Of a DNA stretch of 52,571 bases, positions 9,668 to 17,260 are shown piece by piece (position 1 is the stretch's first letter; each line of letters opens with the position of its first letter). The notes below the pieces were generated by a model, which did not search any database, was not told where the DNA came from, and saw only the letters and a program-made list of their open reading frames with translations. A program made the translations under genes and the position numbers. The stretch comes from a virus (Duplodnaviria; Caudoviricetes), in the IMG/VR virus record IMGVR_UViG_3300031670_000002, positions 1 to 52,571 of that record, one strand, 5' to 3'.

Positions 9668-11790
9668 GGCCAGGGATGATCGGCGCTGGCCTGGGCGATC
9701 CGTCGCTGCGGGCGCTGGAGCAATTGAGCAACGCCTTGCAGCAGGGGCCGCTCGCTGATCTCTTCGCGGGCTTCGGCACGGAAGCGTCGCAAAAAGCGCG
9801 CGGCATCCTGATGATGGCGCTGCTCAACGGCGATAATCCGACGTGGGATAAGGACGGCCCATCGATTGCCAACGCGCTCCAACAGGCGTTGAACACGTCG
9901 CTGTACCGCGCGCAAACGATTGCACGTACCGAGATGCTCAACGCCTATCGCGACAGCAACCTTGCCAATTACCGCGCCAATGCTGATGTGGTGGATGGCT
10001 GGGTCTGGACGGCGGATTTGTCAGCGCGCACCTGTTTTCCTAGAGGCACAATGATAGAAACAAGCAAGGGGCAAATACCGATTGAACAAATGGAACTAGG
10101 AGATGAAGTTTTAACACATGAAGGTCGCTATAAGCGCGTGACGGTTGTCATGGCGCGGCCTTATTCGGGAGAAATGATAACCGTGAATTGTGGGGAACAT
10201 TCAGTCACCGCTACCGTCGATCACCCGTTCCTGATCGAGCGGCAAGGCGAGTTGTATTGGATAGAGGCTGGTCATATCCGTTTGGGCGATCACGCTATCT
10301 GCTATCGTGAGGGCGCTACGGATATAGCCGATCATACCTTCAGTCAGATTGCCATAGAAGGGCGTATCAGGCAAGCGGATAACGGTATAGCCCCGGCTTT
10401 GCAAGAACAGCGTCTTGCGGGCGTCTCTTCTCACCACATCAGGCCGGTTATGCCAGTACACGCCGTCAATCTCCAAAACAGTATTCAGGCTGGTCAAGAG
10501 GAAATCAACAGGATATCTCCAGCCATTGATAAGATGCTCTTGCGAGTAGGGGATACCCAACGTTTCCAGGCACATCCGGGCGTTCTTTTCCGGTTCGGTT
10601 TCGCCAGTGAAGCAACGGTAACAGCGTGGCGAGCAGAAAAAGCGATCCCCTTGTTCGGTAGGACGGATACGAAACGTTTTTCCGCACTGTCTGCACGTCT
10701 GAGTGATGGTTGGGCGTCGGCATTCCTCAGAGCAGTAGGTGTTATCAGAACGTTTTTGACGAAAAATCTTGTCACACCGCTTACAAGTAACATAGATCGT
10801 CCGCATATGCTTACAGGCATTAGAACAATAGATTTGGTTTCGCACGCTAGGAGAAGTAGTAAAAGTTTTTCCGCAAATAGGACAAATTTTCTCATGGCGT
10901 TCATGGGCTTTACGGCATTCAAGCGAGCAGTAGTCTCTCAGACGCCGCTGCTGTACGCAAAACGTTTTACCACAGCCTTTGCAAACCAAATCGAGACATG
11001 GTTTCGCCTCTTTGCCGCGCTGTGTATGGGGGCATTCCCGTTGATAGATAGTGTAGCAAGCATTGGAACAAAACCGCCGATTGCCTTTGCGTTGCCACGC
11101 TTTGGGAATGATAAACGGCTTTCCGCAGATTTCACAGGTCAATTCAACCCGTTCCGTCGCGTGTGCCGCTTTCCAGGCATCACGGCATTCTTTGCTACAA
11201 TACGCCCGTTCCTGTCTTGCGCGATTGCTGATGTCCATCCAGGCATCCTTACCGCACACTGCGCAGACGCTTTTGAGTTTCCTTCTATCGCCAGGATCGC
11301 GCTCAATATCAAGTCTTTTCATGCATCCATTATATCACAACTTGACCACCACATCCAGCGCGATACAACGGTGTATAACCTGGAGGTTGAGGGCGATCAC
11401 AGTTATGTGGCCGATGGCTTTGTCGTGCATAATTGTGCCGCGTGCATTTCGCAAAACGGCACACTGCATAGCCTGGACGAAACAATGGATGAGCATGTGT
11501 GTGGGCGGTGCAGTCCGATCCCGCATACCAAATCCTGGTCGGACATCCTGAACAACGCGGGCTATGACACGAGCGGCCTGGACTTGCCAGACAGCGCGCC
11601 CGCTCTACCGAGCGGCGCGGATTGGTTTGCCGCGCAATCGGCGGACGTGCAACAGCAGGTACTCGGCAAGGCGGGCTACGCGCTCTATCAGTCCGGCACG
11701 CCGCTCGCGGATTTTGTCGGCATCCGGCAGAACGCGCAATACGGCCCGTCGATTTATGTCAAGTCGATCAAAGAATTACAGGGAGGCTAA
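9664..11790 (+). CDS. MuF/SPP1 gp7-like minor head protein (C-terminal part), intein-containing precursor
   Basis: RAQTIARTE, W-x-W-x-A-x-L-S-A-R-T, CAAC and H-x-x-GRC motifs; removing the intein restores RTCAAC. Confidence 0.9.
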   Translation: MRPGMIGAGLGDPSLRALEQLSNALQQGPLADLFAGFGTEASQKARGILMMALLNGDNPTWDKDGPSIANALQQALNTSLYRAQTIARTEMLNAYRDSNLANYRANADVVDGWVWTADLSARTCFPRGTMIETSKGQIPIEQMELGDEVLTHEGRYKRVTVVMARPYSGEMITVNCGEHSVTATVDHPFLIERQGELYWIEAGHIRLGDHAICYREGATDIADHTFSQIAIEGRIRQADNGIAPALQEQRLAGVSSHHIRPVMPVHAVNLQNSIQAGQEEINRISPAIDKMLLRVGDTQRFQAHPGVLFRFGFASEATVTAWRAEKAIPLFGRTDTKRFSALSARLSDGWASAFLRAVGVIRTFLTKNLVTPLTSNIDRPHMLTGIRTIDLVSHARRSSKSFSANRTNFLMAFMGFTAFKRAVVSQTPLLYAKRFTTAFANQIETWFRLFAALCMGAFPLIDSVASIGTKPPIAFALPRFGNDKRLSADFTGQFNPFRRVCRFPGITAFFATIRPFLSCAIADVHPGILTAHCADAFEFPSIARIALNIKSFHASIISQLDHHIQRDTTVYNLEVEGDHSYVADGFVVHNCAACISQNGTLHSLDETMDEHVCGRCSPIPHTKSWSDILNNAGYDTSGLDLPDSAPALPSGADWFAAQSADVQQQVLGKAGYALYQSGTPLADFVGIRQNAQYGPSIYVKSIKELQGG
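10201..11322 (-). CDS. Zinc-finger-repeat DUF559/Vsr-like endonuclease encoded antisense within the intein
   Basis: Six CxxC(G/D)K...(Y/F)CSxxC repeats, then ETEPE, VDF, LEIDGVYWH, RDARK and GYTVIRL motifs. Confidence 0.9.
   Translation of the reverse strand: MKRLDIERDPGDRRKLKSVCAVCGKDAWMDISNRARQERAYCSKECRDAWKAAHATERVELTCEICGKPFIIPKAWQRKGNRRFCSNACYTIYQRECPHTQRGKEAKPCLDLVCKGCGKTFCVQQRRLRDYCSLECRKAHERHEKICPICGKTFTTSPSVRNQIYCSNACKHMRTIYVTCKRCDKIFRQKRSDNTYCSEECRRPTITQTCRQCGKTFRIRPTEQGDRFFCSPRCYRCFTGETEPEKNARMCLETLGIPYSQEHLINGWRYPVDFLLTSLNTVLEIDGVYWHNRPDVVRRDARKTLFLQSRGYTVIRLPDTPFYGNLTEGMIGYIRSALTIADSVIAQTDMTSLYPIQLALPLDQERVIDGSGD
11329..11337 (-). promoter_or_regulatory. Extended -10 promoter for a leaderless endonuclease transcript
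   Basis: Minus strand reads TG-A-TATAAT-GGATGC-ATG. Confidence 0.7.
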
Positions 11791-11895
11791 TCGATGGAGG
11801 AGACAGAAGAGCAGAGGGAACGGACGGCGGCGGGTTGGCGCACGTCGCTTCTCAACCGAAACGCGGTTCCTCAACAGGGAAAGAAGGATAACCCC

Positions 11896-12156
11896 ATGAA
11901 CGAAGATGATATCTATGAAGTCCAGGCAAGCGGCCCGTTTCACCGCTTTAAACTGGTACGGTCAGTTGATGTGACCGGCATCTCAGGAACAGGTGAGATT
12001 GCGCTGGGTATCCAGTGGCCGGATCAGTCCTGTACGCTGTTTTGGCTGAAACACAGCACACATGGTTATTATCACAGCATTGGACAGTTGCGGGCGATCC
12101 ACTGCTACAACGACAACGCCCGCGTTGAATGGATAGACGGAGTAACCCATGCCTGA
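11896..12156 (+). CDS. Conserved hypothetical phage protein
   Basis: RFKLVRSVDVTGISGTGEIALG motif recalled from other phages; AAGGA RBS. Confidence 0.65.
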   Translation: MNEDDIYEVQASGPFHRFKLVRSVDVTGISGTGEIALGIQWPDQSCTLFWLKHSTHGYYHSIGQLRAIHCYNDNARVEWIDGVTHA

Positions 12157-12391
12157 ACCAATACAGAACGGCGCGTCAGTCGTGCAAGAACCGACATTTC
12201 CGCAAGAGTCGCTGCGCATCGTGCCGCAGGGACTGATCATCACCGTGCAGTTCACGCCCACGTTCAGTATCAATCAGTTGATCCCGGCCAACGCGATGAA
12301 CGAAATTGCGGGCGCGTGGCTCGAATCGCGCAAGCAGATCAAGAAAGACCTGGAGATTATCCGGGATGTCAATCGTAGCAAGTTATCATGA
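12149..12391 (+). CDS. Hypothetical protein
   Basis: GGAG RBS; overlaps the upstream gene. Confidence 0.55.
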   Translation: MPEPIQNGASVVQEPTFPQESLRIVPQGLIITVQFTPTFSINQLIPANAMNEIAGAWLESRKQIKKDLEIIRDVNRSKLS

Positions 12392-12409
12392 CACGAAAGG
12401 AACAATACG

Positions 12410-12562
12410 ATGGGTGGCAAACCGCTTAAAAGCACACCTGCTGACAGACGTTTGAAGGCCAATAAGAACAAGCCCGCGAAGCCGCCGGTCACAAAGCCGA
12501 CGCCGCCGCCCGCGAAACAGGCGTTTCCTGGCGCCGCTCCGCCGTTCAAGAAAGGCCAGTAA
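12410..12562 (+). CDS. Small Lys/Pro-rich basic peptide (50 aa)
   Basis: AAAGGA RBS; TAATG overlap with the next gene; MGGKPLKSTPADRRLKANK... Confidence 0.6.
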   Translation: MGGKPLKSTPADRRLKANKNKPAKPPVTKPTPPPAKQAFPGAAPPFKKGQ

Positions 12563-12780
12563 TGGCGAAAATAGACACGCGCAAAGCGATCCAGAAGCGG
12601 CGCACTGCCGACGAGATGCGCCGCGCCTATGCCGCGCTGTGTCCACTTGCGCCGTCGGATAGCGACGATCCTGCGATCATCCTGAATGATTGCTTTGAAG
12701 AACTGCTTGAAGCGCGGGCCATCATCGAAGACATGCGCGGCTTCGTGACGCAGTGGCACGCGCGTTTTACCAGACGATAA
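12562..12780 (+). CDS. Hypothetical protein
   Basis: Coupled ORF. Confidence 0.55.
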   Translation: MAKIDTRKAIQKRRTADEMRRAYAALCPLAPSDSDDPAIILNDCFEELLEARAIIEDMRGFVTQWHARFTRR

Positions 12781-12790
12781 GGAGCAAGGT

Positions 12791-13072
12791 ATGGCGAAAT
12801 ATCGCAAAAAGCCCGTCGTTATTGAGGCGTGGAAAACAGGCGAATTGCTGCATCTGGCAGCATATGATTTCTGGAATTTACCGGATCGTATCCGAGAGGC
12901 ATATGATAGGGTGGAGGTTGTTTTTACGCCATCTTCCATTCATATCAACACGCTTGAAGGAACCATGATTGCGAATCAAGACGATATGGTGATTCAAGGT
13001 GTCCAGAATGAATTATATCCCTGCAAACCGGACATTTTTGAAATGACCTACGAATTGGTAGAAAGCGAGTAG
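12791..13072 (+). CDS. Conserved phage protein (KYRKKPVV...TLEG...YPCKPDIF family)
   Basis: Widespread motif set; AAGGAG RBS. Confidence 0.8.
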   Translation: MAKYRKKPVVIEAWKTGELLHLAAYDFWNLPDRIREAYDRVEVVFTPSSIHINTLEGTMIANQDDMVIQGVQNELYPCKPDIFEMTYELVESE

Positions 13073-13074
13073 TT

Positions 13075-13398
13075 ATGGCAGTCTCAGATGCCCCGTGGGA
13101 CGGCGCGCCGTCTCAGTGGAAAGATACCGATGCCTATTGTGCGTCGTGCGCGCTCGACCTCAATCCGGCGGGCAAGCCGAAGACGCAGGATAATTGCAAG
13201 TTGCCGTACACGTTCCCCAACGGTGACATTAGCCGCGTGAGCGTGCATACGTGCGTCGCGGCCTTAGCCGGGGCGCGCGGCGGACTCAAAGGCGTCCCGG
13301 CGGCGGCCAAGAAAAAAGCGGCCAAACTCTTTCTGGGCCTGTACAAGACCGCACTCAAGGAAGAGCCGCCGGATAGCCTCAAGCAGATGGCGCAATGA
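13075..13398 (+). CDS. Head-module-associated hypothetical protein
   Basis: WDG...CKLPY...ALAGARGG domain, recalled as often fused to prohead proteases or head proteins. Confidence 0.6.
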   Translation: MAVSDAPWDGAPSQWKDTDAYCASCALDLNPAGKPKTQDNCKLPYTFPNGDISRVSVHTCVAALAGARGGLKGVPAAAKKKAAKLFLGLYKTALKEEPPDSLKQMAQ

Positions 13399-13588
13399 AC
13401 ACACCCGACACCCGCCGCGCAGGCATGGGCGACGTGATCGCCGCGCTCGCTCGTCTGCTCGGCATCAAGCAATTGCAGCACTGCGGCTGTACCGACCGGC
13501 AGGCGTGGCTCAACCGCCATCTACCGCTGCCGTTCCGCATCAAACGCCGCGCGGACGAACCGGCGGATTGGTAGGGAAGGACAAATCA

Positions 13589-13759
13589 ATGGCAGACCAG
13601 GAAGAAGAGCGCCCGATCACGCTGCGCTGGTTCGACAACCGAACTGGCAAAGAACACACGCTCTCAGACTCAAATGAACTCACCATCCGCTCGCGGCTCT
13701 TCACGCTTGTCCTTGACCTGATCAAAGGGCGAATCCGCGAGATACATGTCGTGCATTAA
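13589..13759 (+). CDS. Small hypothetical protein
   Basis: AAGGA RBS. Confidence 0.45.
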   Translation: MADQEEERPITLRWFDNRTGKEHTLSDSNELTIRSRLFTLVLDLIKGRIREIHVVH

Positions 13760-13772
13760 GGAAGGACGAATT

Positions 13773-14012
13773 ATGACACCAGACGAAGAAACCATCAAGC
13801 AACTGCTGAGCGATCGCATCGAAAACGATTTCTCGTATCACGCTCCGCAGGGTGATCAGGTCACTCGGTATAACAAGTTGCGCTACAAAGCGAAAGAGTT
13901 TGCTTTGCTCATTGCAGAGATTACACCGTATTCTCGTGAACAGTCGCTGGCGTTGACGCATCTTGAAGAAGCTGTGATGTTTGCCAACGCCGCCATTGCG
14001 CGGCACGAGTAA
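13773..14012 (+). CDS. Acb2/Tad1-like helical-hairpin protein (putative anti-defence sponge)
   Basis: FSYHAP...SREQSLALTHLEEAVMFANAAIAR signature. Confidence 0.65.
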   Translation: MTPDEETIKQLLSDRIENDFSYHAPQGDQVTRYNKLRYKAKEFALLIAEITPYSREQSLALTHLEEAVMFANAAIARHE

Positions 14013-14062
14013 CTATCGATCCTGTCCGTCGCTACCGATAATGCGTACAAGCGCACCACCGC

Positions 14063-14091
14063 TTGACAGCAGAAAGGAATCATCGTACAAT
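14063..14091 (+). promoter_or_regulatory. sigma70 consensus-like promoter overlapping the scaffold RBS
   Basis: TTGACA-N17-TACAAT. Confidence 0.55.
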
Positions 14092-14092
14092 T

Positions 14093-14773
14093 ATGGCAGA
14101 CGAACCGATTACCCCGGCGTCGCCCCAGGCGGGCGATCCACCGGCTGCACCTTCGCCCCAGGCGGGCAACACAACTCCACCAGAACCCCAGGCGGGCGAC
14201 GGACAAGAACCCATTTCACTAGCCGAGGCCAAAAAGCTGCGCTCGGAAGCGGCCAATTTGCGCGAACGCTTGAAAGCTGCTGACGCCAAAGCCAAAGAAC
14301 TCGATGATCTCAAAGCGCAGTTAGAGGCAGCCAATCTCAGCGACAAAGAAAAGCTGGAGCGGAAACTTGCCAAACTGCAAAGCGACCACGAGCAGGCAAC
14401 ACGCCAACTGCAAGAACGCACGATCCAATACGAGGTGCGTTTGCAAGCGGCACAGGCTGGCGTCAATCCGAAGCATCTGGACAAGGTGACGCGATTGATT
14501 GACTGGGCAGCCCTCGAGTATGACGACGATGGGCAGCCCACCAACGTCAAGACGCTGATTGACGCGCTCTTGGAGGATATGCCGGAACTGAAAACGCCTA
14601 CCGCGCCCGCGCCCACCGGCGGACAACCGCCGAAACCGCCGACGCCCGCGTTACCGGCCATGAACCCAGGCCGTGCCGCGATCACGCCGCCGACTGGCAA
14701 CGCCGGGCCGTTTGTACGCCCGTCGATCTCGGACGCCTACGCGCAAGCCGCACAGCAGCGCCGCGGCCAATAA
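14093..14773 (+). CDS. Capsid scaffolding protein
   Basis: AKKLRSEAANLR coiled coil, Pro-rich ends, directly before the capsid gene. Confidence 0.85.
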   Translation: MADEPITPASPQAGDPPAAPSPQAGNTTPPEPQAGDGQEPISLAEAKKLRSEAANLRERLKAADAKAKELDDLKAQLEAANLSDKEKLERKLAKLQSDHEQATRQLQERTIQYEVRLQAAQAGVNPKHLDKVTRLIDWAALEYDDDGQPTNVKTLIDALLEDMPELKTPTAPAPTGGQPPKPPTPALPAMNPGRAAITPPTGNAGPFVRPSISDAYAQAAQQRRGQ

Positions 14774-14821
14774 CAACGAAACATTCATCCTTCATGCCGG
14801 GAGGCAGCATAGGAGAACATT

Positions 14822-15868
14822 ATGACGATTGCCGCAGGGACGGTCACACTGGCGGATTACGCTCTGATGAGCAACAATCCGCTGGTCAAGGCCGTTACCT
14901 ACTCACTGATTGACAATGGATCGGTGCTGGCCGATATCCCCCTGGTCAGCAAGAAATCCTTCACCATCAACGGGGCGCGCTTCGAAGGCAATTTGCCGAC
15001 CGTCAACTGGTCGCAAATCAACGCCGAGGGCGTCAGCACCAAAGGCACGCCGACCGCCTACCAGGAACAAGTCTACATCCTGCGAAACTATATCGATGTG
15101 GACAAGTACATCGTCGAGGAAGAGAACAGCATCGTTGATCCGCGCACGACGCAGACCGAAGCGTACCTCAAAGCCCTCACCTACGATGTGAACTACAAGT
15201 TCATCCACAACGACCATGTCACCGGCGATGTGAACGCGCCCGTTGGCCTGGCCTACCGCATCAACAACGGCGGCACGTTCGGCGTGCGACCGGAGAACCA
15301 TATCGACGGCGGCGGCGTCGATGTGCGCGTCGCCAACGCGACGCAAGCCACCGCGAACCATTTCCTGTACCTGCTCGATCAACTGCTGTGGAGCGTCGAT
15401 AGTCCCGACGGCAACGGCGTCACGCTGTACATGAATGAAGTCATGCAGCGCCTGTTCGCGGCAAGCATTCGCACGATGGGAACCAGCGGCGGTTTTGCGA
15501 TTGTGCGCGACCAGTTCGACCGCGTGATCCAGATGTACAAAGGCGCGGTGGTGCGCGATATCGGCTACAAAGTCGATCAGCAGACCCGCATCATTCTCGG
15601 CGGCCCGACGTTTTCCGGCGGCCTGTCGGGCGAGGACAGCACCGGCAACAGCACCAGCACCTCGTCGGGGTCGATCTTCACGTCGATTTACGCCGTCAAC
15701 TACTCGACCGATCACTTCTTCGGTTGGCAGTTCGGGCCGCCGAATGTGCAAGACCTCGGCCTGATCTATAACGGCGTGATTTATAGAACGCTGATCGATT
15801 ATGCCGTCGGATTAGTCAACGCTAGTACCCGTTCTATTGCCCGTTTATACGATATTCTCGTCGATTAG
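14822..15868 (+). CDS. Major capsid protein
   Basis: 348 aa after the scaffold; LPTVNWSQIN...IDVDKY pattern; strong RBS and strongly biased codons. Confidence 0.85.
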   Translation: MTIAAGTVTLADYALMSNNPLVKAVTYSLIDNGSVLADIPLVSKKSFTINGARFEGNLPTVNWSQINAEGVSTKGTPTAYQEQVYILRNYIDVDKYIVEEENSIVDPRTTQTEAYLKALTYDVNYKFIHNDHVTGDVNAPVGLAYRINNGGTFGVRPENHIDGGGVDVRVANATQATANHFLYLLDQLLWSVDSPDGNGVTLYMNEVMQRLFAASIRTMGTSGGFAIVRDQFDRVIQMYKGAVVRDIGYKVDQQTRIILGGPTFSGGLSGEDSTGNSTSTSSGSIFTSIYAVNYSTDHFFGWQFGPPNVQDLGLIYNGVIYRTLIDYAVGLVNASTRSIARLYDILVD

Positions 15869-15879
15869 GAGGCGCGCCC

Positions 15880-16065
15880 ATGACCGCAAACGAAGTGCAA
15901 GAATTGCGCGCCGCCATTGATCGGGCGACCGCGCAAGATGCGCCGCTGCACAGCGTGCTGCACCTGCTCGTCGATCACCTATCCGCTGTCGCCTCGTCGG
16001 TCAGCCACGAGGCACAGGCGCTGGCACAGGCCGCGCAACCGGAGGAGAACTACCATGCCAACTGA
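15880..16065 (+). CDS. Small hypothetical protein
   Basis: AGGAGG RBS. Confidence 0.55.
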   Translation: MTANEVQELRAAIDRATAQDAPLHSVLHLLVDHLSAVASSVSHEAQALAQAAQPEENYHAN

Positions 16066-16453
16066 TGCCCTGATCGCGCTCCAGGCGAGCGTGACCAAAA
16101 CCGCCACGTTTAGCGGCGCGCCGCTGATCCTGCCCGCAGGCACGCCGCGCTGGCCGTTGGTGGCGCGCGTGATTTACAGCGCCGGAAGTTCCGGCACGGC
16201 GACCAGCGCGGTCATTTACAGCATTGACGTGTCGCGCGATGGCGGCTCCAACTTCTATACCGAAGTCGAGTCCGATCCGCTGACCCTGCCAACGTCCGGC
16301 GCGATTGCGGGCGAGCTTGCGCTGCCGTTCAGCCTGTCGCCAGCCATTGTCGCGGACGGCGTGCAAATCAAACTCACGGCGACGATTGCGCCTGGCAGTA
16401 GCGCGACGCCAACGATCACCTACCAGGGCGATATCATGCTCGGCAGACCGTAA
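16055..16453 (+). CDS. Putative head decoration/structural protein
   Basis: Beta-rich, Thr/Ala/Ser-rich; follows the capsid gene. Confidence 0.55.
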   Translation: MPTDALIALQASVTKTATFSGAPLILPAGTPRWPLVARVIYSAGSSGTATSAVIYSIDVSRDGGSNFYTEVESDPLTLPTSGAIAGELALPFSLSPAIVADGVQIKLTATIAPGSSATPTITYQGDIMLGRP

Positions 16454-16491
16454 CCGTCGTTACTCGCTCTCATTGAAAGGAAGCGTAGCCG

Positions 16492-17106
16492 ATGGCAGTG
16501 CGCACAACGATGGCGGCCTTGATCTTGCGAGTCAGATTGTTAATCAATGATCCGGCGGGCAGCAGCGAGACGTTTGCCGATCAAGACATTCAGGACGTGC
16601 TTGATGAGAGCCGCGTCGATGTGTTCAATGAACCGCTCATCCCAAAACCGACCTACACCGGCGCGACGATCAACTTTCTGGATTATTGGTCGCAAGTCGG
16701 CGGATGGGAAGACGGCTACGCATTAAAGCAATTCCTGATCACGCCGGTCACGCCGTCGCTGTTAGAGCCGATTGCCGGGCATTGGCAGTTCGCGGCCAGC
16801 ACGTTGCCGCCGGTGTACATCACAGGCTCCCTGCACGACGTGTACCGCGGCGCGGCAGACTTGCTGGAGCGGCAGGCCGCCATGTGGGTGTTGCGCTACG
16901 ACATGACCGTAGACGGCCAGTCGCTGCATCGCTCACAGGCGGCGCTCATGCTCACCAAACTGGCGGCCACGTACCGCACGAAACAGCGCCCGCAGTCGAT
17001 CACGGCGTTTCGCAGTGACACGCGCACGCAATCCGCGCTGGCGGGCATTGGACTTGGTCCGACGCAGTTGGATTATATGGGTTCGGGTAACAAGGGAGGC
17101 TCATAA
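16492..17106 (+). CDS. Head-tail adaptor
   Basis: RVRLLIND...FADQDIQDVL...DVYRGAADLLE; synteny. Confidence 0.75.
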   Translation: MAVRTTMAALILRVRLLINDPAGSSETFADQDIQDVLDESRVDVFNEPLIPKPTYTGATINFLDYWSQVGGWEDGYALKQFLITPVTPSLLEPIAGHWQFAASTLPPVYITGSLHDVYRGAADLLERQAAMWVLRYDMTVDGQSLHRSQAALMLTKLAATYRTKQRPQSITAFRSDTRTQSALAGIGLGPTQLDYMGSGNKGGS

Positions 17107-17252
17107 TGGCCTGTTCAACACACAAGGGCAGCAGCGTCAAGGCGGCGCACAAAGGCACGCGCGCCAAGAGCAGCGGCTCGGCCAAAACCGCGCACAAAGG
17201 CACGGCGGCGGCGCACAAGGGCAGCACGCACAAGGTCGCCAAGAAGTGCTGA
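17106..17252 (+). CDS. His/Lys-rich basic peptide (48 aa)
   Basis: GGGAGG RBS, TAATG overlap; MACSTHKGSSVKAAHKGTRAKSSGSAKTAHKGTAAAHKGSTHKVAKKC. Confidence 0.65.
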   Translation: MACSTHKGSSVKAAHKGTRAKSSGSAKTAHKGTAAAHKGSTHKVAKKC

Positions 17253-17260
17253 GGTGAGTT

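Larger units (their letters stand above)
10033..11433 (+). mobile_element. Intein (467 aa) in MuF
   Basis: Block A CFPRGTMI, block B TATVDHPF, block F VYNLEVEGDHSYVADG, block G VVHN followed by +1 Cys. Confidence 0.95.

Noticed and set aside
10310-11320. Sense-frame intein insert as a novel protein domain
   Set aside because: It has no motifs, and its composition is explained as the codon-aligned reverse complement of the nuclease gene
14120-14200. Three CCCCAGGCGGGC repeats at about 33-bp spacing as a mini-array
   Set aside because: They encode the PQAG repeats of the scaffold's Pro-rich N-terminus
14903-15751. Long antisense ORFs over structural genes (also 5043-5717, 18485-19324, 21274-22182, 22195-23043, 24055-24861)
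   Set aside because: Typical shadow ORFs of GC-rich biased codons, with no motifs, RBS or promoter, unlike the intein antisense ORF
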